Source: Hemiscyllium ocellatum (Eukaryota). Taken from it: a DNA stretch of 64,000 nt. The DNA lies in contig NC_083425.1 in the NCBI RefSeq assembly GCF_020745735.1, forward strand, positions 19,021,575 to 19,085,574. Direction: 5' to 3'. Under the pieces are notes generated by a model that saw only the letters and a list, made by a program, of their open reading frames with translations, did no database searches and was not told where the DNA came from. Below, in pieces: positions 51,193 through 64,000 of the stretch; positions within the stretch are counted from its first letter, which is position 1; each line of letters opens with the position of its first letter. A program made the translations under genes and the position numbers.

Positions 51193-54100
51193 TACCATTG
51201 CCCCTACATGCTTTATATGGGTGCTTATTAAAAACAGGAAGGGAAGTAGAGGCGAAAAGAATTAGGGCATATAGGATGGAAAATAAGGTAAAAATAGATT
51301 TGAAACATTTACCAACTGAAAAGGAATTCAGGGACAACAGCCATAGCAACCTATATTTTTTACAGGTCATCCACTGTAGAGAAACATAAAAAGCATTTCA
51401 CTATGAAACAAGATCTGACCTCAAACCAGATAAGGAGATTTTAGGTCAGCTGACTAGAAGCACGGTTAAAGCATGTTGGAGTTGTCCATTGGTGAAGAGA
51501 ATTGTAATTTGAGGCAGCAGTTTCCACATTCAGAATCATGGCCTTCGTACTCATGGCAACCAGATAAGATAATGATGTGCTTCACAGAAATCTTACTGGG
51601 AAGTGCAAGCTTGTTATTTAGTAAAGAGTGCAAGGGAAAGTCTGATCCCACCATAATCAAAGTCTCTTTAAGTAATTATCATTACATATAAGTATCCTGA
51701 AATATTAAATGCAACAAACATCCTTTAGATAAATGGCTGTGGAAAGTAAGAGATAAGCCCCCACCCCATCAGCAGTGGAGATTGAAGGAAGAATGGTACA
51801 AACAGCAAGGACTGAATGACATATAATGAAGGGTATAAACAGATAACCTCACAAAAGGTCATCGGAAAACAGAGTGCATTACAAGGGAGCAGTAGCAAAA
51901 CATTATTTAGTCATTATGACCTTGGGAAAATAAACAATCACAGCTTCACAAGGTACCAAACAGCATCCACTCAGTACGATGCAGCTGGCAAATGTCTGGG
52001 GAGGGGCATAACAGTCAGAGGGGAGGTGGCAAGCATTGCATGCCAACGTTGCATGTAATCATTGTAACATGAAATGTATAAATATCTTGGAGTTTGTCTC
52101 GAGTGATTTCTTCGAGGCTGCATGGTAAGGAACTCCGAATAAACATCAATTTGTGCTGCTGATCACAGGACTCAGGCTCCTCTTTACAATTCCTCCCCAA
52201 CAAAGTGTTAGGTTTTACAAAGTGCCATAACGGAGGTAAATGGGGCAGAGAGGTGCAGGCAGGACATTCCAGATCTTGGGGACGAAGCAACTAAGGGGAT
52301 GCGCCCCTCTGGTGGACCAATTAAAGATACAAAATAGGCCAAAGTTTAAGAAGTGCAGATACCTCGGTTGAGAGAATGGTGAGGATTAGAGATAGGGATG
52401 AGGCCATGGAGGAATATGAAAAGAAGGATTAGAATTTGAAAATCATGACGTTGCTTAATGGGAGCCAATATAGGTGAGTATGCAGAGATGATAGAACAGG
52501 GCTTACTGAGAGTCATGACCATGACTCAAGTAGTATATAAAAGGATTACACAGGAGGCCTATACATGGAGAAATGTAGATGCAGATTAGAAAGTGGGACA
52601 AGAAGAAAGACAAATGCACATTCTGCATACAAATTTCTACTCATCTGTTCTTACATGTTCATATTTTGTTTATAGTTGAACAAAATAATCATAAGAATTG
52701 TTGGTTAAAATAAAGGGGAACTTCACTGATATCTTTGGATTTGATTGTGGCATTAGATTTTTACCCTAAACTGTGTAAGTTCAGTTTCCGGTATCTGTAG
52801 TTGTAATGTCTATCACAAGGCTGTACACCTGCATCTCTGCCCTCATTCTAAATGATTGCTGACTATTGTTTGTTGTATTATTGTTGCAAGAGTAGAATTT
52901 GGTTAATTTATTGCATAATATGAAAAACTGACGCATTACAATTTCTAAGTGCACGTGGACAGACATACAGTTAGAACATTTTGCACATTTCAGGCTATAG
53001 CAAATGTAGATCTCATTGTGGCCACTTAAAAAGCGCTTGGTCATTTAGTAAATCAGTAACCACTTGAAGTTTGGTTCCTGAACTTTACCATTCTACTATG
53101 TTAAAACAAAGAAGAATTCTGCTTAATGCAGAAAGATCAGGACTGAAGAATCTAACGTCTCAGACAGAACCGAGCAGACAACAGGAATGGCAGGATCTGT
53201 ATTGCCAAAAACTGGAGCTCACTGTAATTAACTAAAGATCTGGCTGCGGCGGTAATTTGAGTAACAATGCATGACTGCCTGTTTTACACCCAGGAATTGA
53301 AGACAGGCTGATTGAAGGGAGGAAGAAAGAAACATCTACAGGTTCAGTTGCACAATCTATGAACCATCTAACCTCAATTGTCCAACACATGCCAAACAAG
53401 TCCATTATTACTATTCATTGCTTTCGGCTACTGTTAAAGCATGACCTATCTTTCATTTGTTTCCTTTCAGCTTTCTTGCATTACATCGCCTGCCCAGCTG
53501 GAATGACTGCGACTGTTGAGGACACACCTCAAAGAGGGATTGACACCACATTCGCACGTGCATGTAGGGGAGTGGGCGTCTCCATATGAAAGGATGGTAA
53601 TAAGACAATCAGTATTGCAAATCGCCATGTCTCAGAGTTGAGCAGACACTCGATAATTATGGTCCACATGTAAATACCTGAACACAGTTATAGAGTTATA
53701 GTATGAAGAGAGGCAGAGAACACTCAGAGCGGGGGTGGGTGGTGGTGGAGGCTGAGGGTTTAAAATGTCATTTGAGGAGATTTTTGATTTTTGAAGTTCC
53801 TCTGGAGGATGTAAGGTGGGCACGAAAGGTAAAGGTAAAGTCACCAATGTCCCAGAGGACCAAAGGGCTGTTCTCTCATCAGAGTGAGAGAGACGACTGG
53901 TGGTCAGTTTAACCTGAGGGTCACCACGCCTCAGGTGATGGCTGAGTTTGTTAAAATGATACCTTCACTGTAACCTCAGCTGCTTTGGAAAGACACATAT
54001 CATAATCCACCAAGTCCTCTACTTAATAAAGCTGCCAGGTTATGCGATGTGCGGGACAGTCAGAAAACTGGAGTTGAAAACAAAAGTCTGGGTAACAATG

Positions 54101-54606
54101 AGGTTCCTCATTCTCATGTTTAAACCTACCACCCACTTTTTGGGATTGGGTTGGTTTACCTTCCAACTTCAGGCTTCAGTCAAAATTGGGAATGTGAGAA
54201 ATGGATATAATTTTGCATTAGGAAACAGATTTTGGAGACATTAATACCAACCCATTACCAACCTCCCATTCTCAAGCTATTTCTTTCTACAAAAATAAAG
54301 TCACCCAAACAGTACTCTATAACGTCCAGTAAAATGTTCAAGAGCGTTCTTAATCTGTCATTAAGGCTAAGAATAGATTGCCCACATTTCTACCTGGCCA
54401 AGAAATTGCCTTTGCATGAGGAATAGCTTGAAGGAGGGAAGATAATAAAATAATTTCTAAAAAGATATATGCCATTAAACAATTGATACCCAAGAGATAA
54501 CTGCAGAGAACTTTGAGTAAGGACAGAAATAATTTTACATTTTGTGTCCACTACTCAAGAATGGAAACCTAAAAGGAGCCACAGAGTGTTGGCATTGAAC
54601 AAAGAT

Positions 54607-54741
54607 TCTGGATCAGTGGTGCTGGAAGAGCACAGCAGTTCAGGCAGCATCCAAAGTGCAACGGAATCGACGTTTCGGGCAAAAGCCCTTCATCAGGAAT
54701 AAAGGCAGTGAGCCTGAAGTGTGGCGAGATAAGCTAGAGCC
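54607..54741 (-). mobile_element. 135-bp PLE-terminal insertion with hammerhead and 14-bp TSD
   Basis: CATTGAACAAAGAT at 54593-54606 and 54742-54755; hammerhead at 54665-54700. Confidence 0.88.
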
Positions 54742-55439
54742 CATTGAACAAAGATGTCCTCTTGGTGACAAAACAGTTAAATATAAGTAAAACTCCCAAA
54801 GATCACAACACTTAAAACTTACAAATCACTTCCATTCAGCACAATCTATTCAACAGCTCCACACAGTGCAATGAATAAAACTTGGAAATCAAAGCAAGAG
54901 CTGACCCCCTGCCTACCAACCTATGGCCCATGCCATCACGCTACTGCTTGGCTTGCCAAGGCTTTAAGATAATTCAAATGTAAACACTGTGTATATTACA
55001 TATATCAATAATAAACTGGCAGTGAACAGACAATAATTCAACCTTGGACCCCTGCTGTTATTTATAAAGCAACTGGACTTTGCTTCTGACATGACACAGC
55101 ATCAGAACAGCTTTACTCCATTTCTGTCTGACGGATTGCCAGATGTCCCCTTGTTTGCATTCATCTGGTGAAAAGGGATCTGCCAGTTTCTACTACTTAT
55201 TTTCTCCTGTGCTGATGAGCCCTCAGAGTCAAACCTGAGAGAATGAGACCTTACTCCCTACCCATAGTGCCTGTCCATTGTGCTCTTTTGTAAGACCTTT
55301 TAGTTTCAGCCTTCTGGTCATCCTCCCATTATTTTTACCTTTGAGTTATTATCTGATTCTCTTCTGAAAGATACTGTGGAATCTGTTTCCATCATCCTTT
55401 CAGACAGTACATTCCAGATCGAAACAACAGGAAGAAGTG

Positions 55440-56290
55440 AGAGTGTAGTGATGATGTCACTGGGTTCATAATCCAGAAACCCGAGCCAATGTTCTGGAGA
55501 TACGGTAGATGGGAAAATTCAAATTCAATGACTAAATCTGGAATTAAAAGCTCATCTGACAGTGACCAATTAACCATGGCCGATTGTTGTAAAGACCCAC
55601 TTGGTTTACGAACGCCCTGTAAGGAATGAAATCTGTTGTATCTCCCTCGTCTGGCCTATGTACACTCCAGAACAGATGTGGTTAAATGCACTCTGAAATG
55701 GCCTCGTAAGACACTTAATCGCCCAAACCATTACAGATCTTAAACAGAATTAAAATAAACAGTCCACCGAATATCAACTGAGCCTTTTACCAGAAAGGAC
55801 AATGACAAACTCAGCTCTGTTAACCCTGTATAATCCTCCTGAATAATATCTGGAGACTTGTACCAAGATTGGGAAACTGTCTCACAGATTAGTCAAGCAA
55901 TGGCCTTGAGACTTAGTCATTTGAATGCAATCATATTTTGGAGACAATTTCCCAAACACCACCACCAACATCTGAGAGTATGTATTTGAACAAGTATACA
56001 TTTGGGAGGGAGTTGTCCTTAGAGTACTCAACATTGACCCTGGATCCCACAAAGTCAGGAAAGACTCCTCGCCATTTAGACTGAAGGTCCCCATCATCTT
56101 CAGCTGATGAATTAATACATCTCCCTGTTGAATTCCACTTGCAGGAAGGAGTGAGGTATGAGCACAGAATATACTTTGGGTGGGGTATTTCAATGTTCAT
56201 TACCAAGCATGATTGATTAATGACTGAGTTGGCAGAATAAACGACACAGCTGCTGGTGTGTGGTAGTGATGAGGGAATCAACCAAGTCAG
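55440..56290 (+). mobile_element. tRNA-headed LINE 5' portion with degenerate APE endonuclease
   Basis: Head homologous to 39255-39431, followed by NIWRLVPRLG.LSHRLVKQ and a G(Y)FNVH motif at ~56180. Confidence 0.6.
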
Positions 56291-59200
56291 GCTGCTATGT
56301 CATTCAGAGGGCAGCTTGGTCTTCTTGTTTATCTAGGCAGCAGAGGTCATGGCTACAGAAGTTGCTGTTGAAGGAAACGTAGAGAGTTGCTGAAAAGCAT
56401 TTTGTATTTGGTACATGATGCTGCCAGTTTGGATTGATGTTGGAGGGAGTAAATGTTGAAGATGGATGGGGTACCAATCAAGCGAGGTGCTTTGTCCTGA
56501 TTTGTGTAGGGCCACCTGCGTGTTGTTGGGGCTGCACTCCTTGAGGCAAGTGGAGAATATTCCGTCATGTTCCATGATGGTACCAACCCACCCGGCCACT
56601 GGAAACAGTTTCTCCTTTTTATTTTGTTGAACCCTTTGCAATTTTAAATACCTCTATTAAATGTCCCTACAATCTTTTCAACTTTAAAGATAACAATGGC
56701 AGCTTCTCTTCTCTCACCACGATTCTGAAGTCTCCCACTCTTGGTACAATTTTAGTACATCTCCGCTGCATGACCTGCAAGCCATGCATCTAGTGTTGAA
56801 GACTTACTGCGCATGTTCCATTATAATTTCCGATCTCTTGTTTTAATTCCCTTTTTACGTTCTTAGACATAGCCCTTATGCTGAAATGTTTTCTACTCTA
56901 GTTGTCTGACAAAGGCAAAACTCATCATCACTTTGTTCTCAACTGAAGTCACAGAGAGTTGTTTTATCATTCAGGACTTACCTGAGTTGAGCTTCAGGAA
57001 TAATGTCATCGATTACCACATAAACCATGGCACCAGCAGCGAAAGCCAAGGCATAGGGCAGGAGAGGCTCGGCCAGAACTACAGCAAAGGCACCAAATAT
57101 TCCTGCCACTGGCTCAACCATACCACTTAACTGACCGTACCTTCATGGTGGGAGAAATATAATCATTATTTTCACCAAAATAAAACATCTGACAAAATTG
57201 AACGAACAACTAAAATAGGAAGCGGGGTACAACTGGTGTTAGCTGTATAAACATTGACAGTTAATTCTAGTTAGATGGTCAGCATTCACTAGGGCTCTCA
57301 CTTGTGGCACAGACTTGGATCAGAAGGTCTGTATTCAAGTCCCCATCAGACCAGATGCCATATCATAACAAATCCAAATACTTTGAATATCAATAACCAC
57401 TCAGGAGCAGTCTGGAAGTGCATTTGTTGGTTATTTATGGGTTCAATGTAATACCAAGGAATAAAGAAAAATTCCAGTTTGGATTTTGGCACATGAGAGA
57501 TGGAAGGCCTCCTATTAAAATTACAGCATACCAATGTGCTGCAAGTTTTACTATCATCGAAGAATTTCTTATCTTTAAAGACAATTGAGGGCGGTTGGAA
57601 AGGTGGATCCACAGTTATTTATAGAATTATAGAACCATAAAATAGGACAGTAGAGAATGAAGTAATAGGATTAGAATTTAACTTCCGCTTCTAATTTAGT
57701 GGTAATTTATTGCTTTTAGTGTCAACTTTGACATCGCTTGTGAAGTATTTTGGAAGACATATAGGAATGGGGAGTTGATTCCTGCAGAAATGGGAGTCCA
57801 TCGGAAAAGGGTGGAGATTTGATTTCAATACTCATTCATTAAGCAACATGAGGAAAAATACTTGTAGGCAGCAAACGATTACAATCAAAAACACATTGCT
57901 TAAGAGGGTGATTCAATTGTGGTTTTCAGAATGAACTGGAAAAGCACCTGAGGGGGAAAAGAATTGCAGGGTTATAGAACAAAAGGAGGAGTGGGACTAC
58001 CTCAAGTGCAGTTTCTTTCCCCCTTTATATAATTCTTGAGTAGCAAATGCTTTTGAAACTTGCACATTTGTTAACTGTTTAAAGCACTGCCAGCAACTGT
58101 CAATAAAAGTGTCCTACTATGTATGAACACCCAAGATAAGTGGTCTTCAAGCAAGGGATAAACTTCAAAAAGGCATTAAATTACGGGAACTGAGAAACAG
58201 AAGGAGTAGAGGAGAAGGAGAGGATTAAGCAAGGCTGAAATGATAAGCTTTGAAAGGGGTTTTGAAGAAAAATAAAGAAGATACAGTGCTGAGAGACACA
58301 GGAAAAACGTTCCAAAATGCTGGCCTGCACCATTGGAAGGCCACAAATTTGAAAGTTGATAGAAAAGATGGTAAAGAGAGTCAAAATGAGAAGAGTGTAG
58401 GTACATAGGGCTGGCTGCGGATGGAAGAGATGAGATTATAGGGGGATTTATCATTAAGAATGAAGGTTTCAACTGATTAATGCTGATGCTGATGGGAGAT
58501 CAATGAACCTCAGATAGCTCAAGGGTATTTGAGAACTGGACTGTGTGGTTTAGGTACAAGCACTGAAATCTGCCAGTAACTGACAAACAGAAGGCAGCAA
58601 CCAGGATATATTTGACTGGATAGAACATTTCTGAAAAGAAAATGGATTAAGTTGTTGCCCCTGAGGGCACTGAAGGGGAAATTCTACCCTCATCCCCACC
58701 AACTAAATCTTGCCCCCAAACACAGAGAAAAGTCACTCTAGGTACAAAGATGAACTTAAACTATTTGCTCAGACAAGATCTGTCACGCTACAGAGTATCA
58801 CAACACTGTGAGAAGCGGTGCCTGATAGGAACTATCAGGAAGTTCGGGATTATAGATAACACTAAGTATCTGCCGAGAAACCTGCTTTCTGTTGCTATAC
58901 AAACCACTCAATGTGATGACATGTAGGTATTTGATCAAAGCAGGTTGCACTGAAAAGAAAATGTTTTATCTCCCAAATAAAGACAGATTTGGTTGGGAAG
59001 GAGACAAAAAGTTAACTGCCAATAAGATAAGACAAAGAACAGCCAATCAGGAGGTTTGTGACTCTGTGGAATACTACACTGTTAGTTTTTCTTAGCAGTG
59101 ATCTTTGCTGTGAAGTCTCCCAGTGCGATGTATATAATGTTACTATTGTCACTTTTCATACATTCGCATGGATTCTTTTACAATGCATCGTTTCAGAGCT

Positions 59201-59789
59201 GTAACCATTTCAGGGAACTTGGACAGCACAGTGAGCCTTGAACAATGGTTTCTTTTCAAAGTCAGTTCAGGGAGTACAACATCCAATGTGGCAAATATGT
59301 GCTGCTGATGGGAAACTTTGCACCCTGACCGTAGGCACAGAGCTGAGGCTAGGCCCTGCTGCCTTCGCATGATTGAACAACAAGATGGCGCCCAAATGAC
59401 GGCACCCAATTGCAAAATCAGTCTTTGTAATCAGCCTTCTTTAAGATACATCAAAGATTCTTCTGGAATGCATATTCGACCTGCTTTAACTGTGTAATTG
59501 CTCAATTCAAAAAGTGCAATTGCCTCAGTTATTTGGTTTCTAAAATCCCTAAAGTTGATCCTTTTCAGTTTTTTCCCATAATTTCTCTTTATTGCTCTGA
59601 TTACTCAATGTCAGACCAGGAATCTGATAATTTAGTTAAAGTGGAGAGGTCAGGTTACCTTGTGGTGGGTTCGAGCTGGGTGTCGTCACTGTACCTGTGT
59701 AAACTAATTTATGTTTTCAGATAATGAGGAAAATGTAATTCAATCTGGAGAAGTACAACATTATGTATTTGGGGAAGGCAAATGTAACC

Positions 59790-60220
59790 ATAAGACTACA
59801 GACCTTCAGATATAGGAGCAGCATCAGGCCATTAGGCTCATTGACTCTTCTCCACCATTTGATCCTGGCTGATATGTTTCTCAACCCTATTCTCCTTCTC
59901 CCCATAACTCTTGATTCCCTTACCGATCAAGAACTTATCTTTTGTTTTCTTAAATACAATTAAGTGGCCTCCACAGCCTCTGCGGCAATGAGTTTCACAG
60001 AGTCACCACCCTCTGGCTGAAGAAATTCCTCCTCCTCTCAGTTCTAAAGGGTCATCCCTTGACTCTGAGGCTGTGCCCTTAACTCTCCTGTTAGTGGAAA
60101 CATTTTCTCCATGTCCACTCTATCCAGGCCACTCAGTATTCTGTAAGTTTCAATCAAATCCTCCTCGTTCTCTCAACTCCATCGAGTACAGACTCAGAGA
60201 CTTCAGCTGCTCCTCATATC
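59790..60220 (-). mobile_element. CR1 3' fragment inserted in an older plus-strand CR1
   Basis: Similar to 4835-5245; the flanks continue a WQM..KC..LG-type region. Confidence 0.75.
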
Positions 60221-60389
60221 TTATCAAGTGAATACAGAATAAACAGGAGGGTATTGAGAGGGATGAAGTGCATGTCCACAGGTTGCTGAAGGTGCCAGGG
60301 AGTTAAGGTGGTAAAGAATGCATATGTGTTGCTTCATCAGGAGAGGTATTTAATACAAAATCAAGGATGCAACGCTGAAACTACATATG

Positions 60390-60625
60390 ACTTTTTCATG
60401 TAAAGGGTGGTACGTGTACGGAATGAGCTGCCAGAGGAAGAGGTGGAGGTGAGTACAATTGCAACATTTAAAAGGCATCTGAATATGGGTATATGAATAG
60501 GAAGGGTTTAGAGGGATATGGGCCGGGTGCTAGCAGGTGGGACTTGATTGGGTTGGGATATCTGTTCGGCATGGATGGGTTGGATCAAAGGATCTGTTTC
60601 CGTGCTGTACATCCCTATGACTCCA
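60390..60625 (+). mobile_element. HER1 3' tail
   Basis: GGAATGAGCTGCCAGAGGAAG..TGTTTCCGTGCTGTACATC..TGACTC. Confidence 0.88.
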
Positions 60626-60703
60626 TAACAATGGTTAGGCCACTATGTATATAGTGTATAGTTTTGGTCACACATTCCAGAAAGGACATAATTACTCAAA
60701 GGA

Positions 60704-62940
60704 GAGTCATAGAGATGTACAGCAGGGAAACAGACCCTTCAGTCCAACCAGTCCATGCTGACCAGATATCCCAACCCAATCTAGTCCCACCTGACAGCAC
60801 CTGGCGCATATCCCTCCAAACCCTTTCTATTCATATATTCATCCAAATGCCTCTTAAAGGTTGTAATTGTGTTAGTCTCCACCACTTCCTTTGGCAGCTC
60901 ATTCCATACTTGTACCACCCTCTACGTGAAAATGTTTCCCCTTAAGTCTCTTTTATGTCTTTCACCTCTCACCCTAAACCTTTGCCCTCTAATTCTGGAC
61001 TCCCCCACTGCAGGGAAAGGACTTTGTCTATTTATCCTATCCATGCCCCTCATGATTTTATAAACCTCTATGTGGTCATCCCTCAGCCTCCATCGCTCCA
61101 ATGAAAACAGCCCTGGCATATACAAACTCTCCCCATAGCTCAAATCCTCCAACCCTGGCAACATCCTTGTAATCTTTTCTGAACCCTTCCAAGGTTCACA
61201 ACATCTTTCCGATAGGAAGGAGACCAGAATTGCATGCAATATTCCAACCAATGTCCTGTACAGCCACAACACAACCTTGCAACTCCTGTAGTCAATATTC
61301 TGACTAATAAAGGAAAGCATACCAAACTGCAGAATTTTGGGAAAGCAAATCTTAGCAGGACTTTTACACTTAATGGTAAGGTCCTAGGGAGTGTTGCTGA
61401 ACAAAGAGACCTTGGAGTGCAGTTCATAGCTCCTTGAAAGTGGAGTCGCAGGTAGATAGGATAGTGAAGGTGGTGTTTGGTATGATTTCCACAACACCTT
61501 CAATTTTGGTGTCATTTGCAAACCTACCAACTAAAGCTCTTATGCTCACATCCAAATTGTTTACATAAATGATGAAAAGTAGTGGACCCAGCACCAATTC
61601 TTGCGGCACTCCACTGGTCACAGGCCTCCAGTCTGAAACCCAACCCTCCAACACCACTCTTTGCTTTCTACCTTTGAGACAATTCTGTATCCAAATGGCT
61701 AGTTCTCTCTGCATTCCATGAGATCTAACCTTGCTAATCAGTCTGCCATGGGGAACCTTGTTGAATGCCTTATTGAATTCCATATAGATCCTGTCCACCA
61801 CTTTGCCCTCATCAATCCTCTTTATTACTTCTTCCAAAAACTTAATCAAGTTTGTGAGACATGATTTCCCACGCACAAAAGCGTGTTGACTACCCCTAAT
61901 CAGTCCTTGACTTTCCAAATACATGTACATCCTGTCCTTCAGGATTCCCTCCAACAACTTGCTCCCCACCGATGTCAGGCTCACTGGTCTATAGTTCCCT
62001 GACTTGTCCTTTCCACCCTTCTTAAACAGTGGCACCATGTTTGCCAACCTCCAGTCTTTTGGCACCTCACCTGTGACTAATGATGATACAAATATCTCAG
62101 TAAGAGGCCCAGCAATCACTTCTGTAGCTTCCCACAGAGTTCTGCGGGACACCTGATCAGGGCCTGGGGATTTATCCACTTTTGTGCATTTCAAGACATC
62201 CAGCTCTTCCTCCTCTGTAATATGGATATTTTTCAAGATGTCACTATCTACCTCCCTACATTGTATATCTTCCATGTCCTTTTCCACTGTAAATACTGAT
62301 GCAAAATACTTGTTTAGTATCTCCCACATCTCCTGCAGCTCCACACAAAGGACACCTTGCTGATCTTTGAGGGGCCCTATTCTCTCCCTAGTTACCCTTT
62401 TGTCCGTAATGTATTTGTAAAAACCCTTTGGATTCTCCTTAACCCTATTTACCAAAGCTATCTCATGTCCCCTTTTTGTCCTCCTGATTTCCCTCTTAGG
62501 TATACTCCTACTGCCTTTATATTCTTCTAAGGAATCACTAGATCTATCCTCTCTATACCTTACATATGCTTCCTTCTTTTTCTTAACCAGACCCTCAATT
62601 TCTTTCGTCATCCAGCATTCCCTATATCTTCCAGCCGTTCCTTTCACCCTAACAGGAATATACATTCTCTGGACTCTCCTTATCTCATTTCTGGAGGCTT
62701 CCCATTTTCCAGCCGTCCCTTTACCAGCGTACACCTGTCCTCAATCAGCTTTTGAAAGTTCTTGCCTAATAGTGTCAAAATTGGCCTTTCTCCAATTTAG
62801 GACTTCACTTTTAGATCTGGTCTATCCTTTTCCATCACTATTTTAAAATTAATAGAATTATGGTCACTGGCTCCAAAGTGCTCCCCCACTGACACGTCAG
62901 TCACCTGCCCTGCCTTATTTCCCAAGAGTAGGTCAAGTTT
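60704..62940 (-). mobile_element. ~2.2-kb CR1/HER1 LINE, 5'-truncated, with internal inversion 61328-61484
   Basis: Continuous CR1 ORF2 from the APE end through RT to the tail, except for the inverted block. Confidence 0.92.
61424..62734 (-). pseudogene. CR1 ORF2 reverse transcriptase, inactive
   Basis: KSPGPD, WRLANMVPLFKKG, NYRPVSLTS, KSCLTNL and GVPQ..LGPLLF. Catalytic Asp residues lost (EFNKAFN, FAND); the C-terminus runs into the inversion. Confidence 0.92.
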
Positions 62941-64000
62941 ATTTGGAGAAGATTTTCAAGAATGTTGCTAAGATATGAGAAGTGCACGTATGAGGAAAGA
63001 TTAGATAGAGTCATAGAGATGTACAGCACGGAAACAGACTCCTTGGTCCAACCTGCCCATGCCAACTAGATATCCCAACCCAATCTAGTTCCAGCATTAT
63101 TTTCCTTAGAACAGAGGAAGCTGTGAGGTGATGTAATTGAGGTATACAAAATAACGAGAGGCATACAGGGGATGCAGGGGGGAACGACCCATTTCCTCTT
63201 GTAGATCAGTCAATTACAAGGGGTGGCAGATTTAAGGTGATTGATTGGGGACATGAAGAAAAGAACCTTTTCATCCAGAGGGTTCTGGGTATCTGGAAAT
63301 CACTGCTCAATTTGGTGACCAAGGTGGAAACCCTCAACTCATTTTAAAGGAACCTGGGTCTGCACCTGAAGGGCTTTGACCTGCAGAGCTATGGACTGTG
63401 TGCCAGGAAGTAGCACTAGAATGTGTGAAACAGGAACAGAAATTGCAGGAGAATCTCAGGAGGTCTGGGAGTACCTGGGAGAGAAAGCAGAGCTAACATT
63501 TTGGGAGCAGTGACACTCCATCAGAACTAGAGTCAGAACTAGTACTTACAATGGGTGGTTAGTTTATTCAGCTGTCACACATGATAGGCTGGATGGTCTT
63601 TCTCTGTGATGTTATTTTACTGTGGTTCTGTGTCACCCAGCAGCAATGTGTAGATGAGAAATAGAAAGTGTCAAGGGTAGATTCTCAGGGGACACCAGAA
63701 TCAGAGTGACAGAGCAAGAAGGGAAACTATGGCTAAGTATTGGACAATAGGATTAAACTAGTTAGGTGGCTGTTTTTGACTACTGTGGACACTGGACGTT
63801 TTTCTGTGCAGATCTCTAAGAGTCTAAGACACGGAAAAGTGATTCTCTGGTTGTAATTATCATAAGAATGGAATTAGGGGAAACTAATCCAACTCAGGTG
63901 GATGATAGTGGAGAGTAATCTGGTCCCTTTAAAGTGTCAGATAAGTATTCTGACATCAGTAGATGCACACTGAAACTGAATGCTATTAAGACATCTACTT

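Noticed and set aside
52301-52317. CTCF-like CCACCAGAGGGGCGC on the minus strand
   Set aside because: One extra G relative to the consensus spacing, and it lies in probable old repeat.
59659-59694. YSDDTQL resembling an RT YADD motif
   Set aside because: No flanking RT motifs in frame; too short to call.

Overview
Vertebrate genomic DNA, almost certainly from a shark or ray: it carries HE1 V-SINEs, HER1/CR1 LINEs and Deu-domain SINEs. The window looks intronic or intergenic, and I cannot identify any intact host protein-coding gene. Roughly half is decayed mobile DNA: CR1/HER1 fragments (longest RT ORF 61424-62734, catalytically dead), Penelope-like elements (PLEs) with GIY-YIG remnants, a Rex1/Babar-like LINE, a tRNA-headed LINE family, SINEs and two Tc1/pogo-type MITEs. 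The most notable signal is more than a dozen dispersed minimal hammerhead-ribozyme motifs at PLE ends, with covarying stems. Several sit in short fold-back insertions, some with target-site duplications (TSDs). Also seen: a CpG-rich unique segment (~13.9-14.8 kb), weak minus-strand exon candidates, and local duplications. Repeat boundaries are approximate and family names come from recalled consensus motifs, not database searches.
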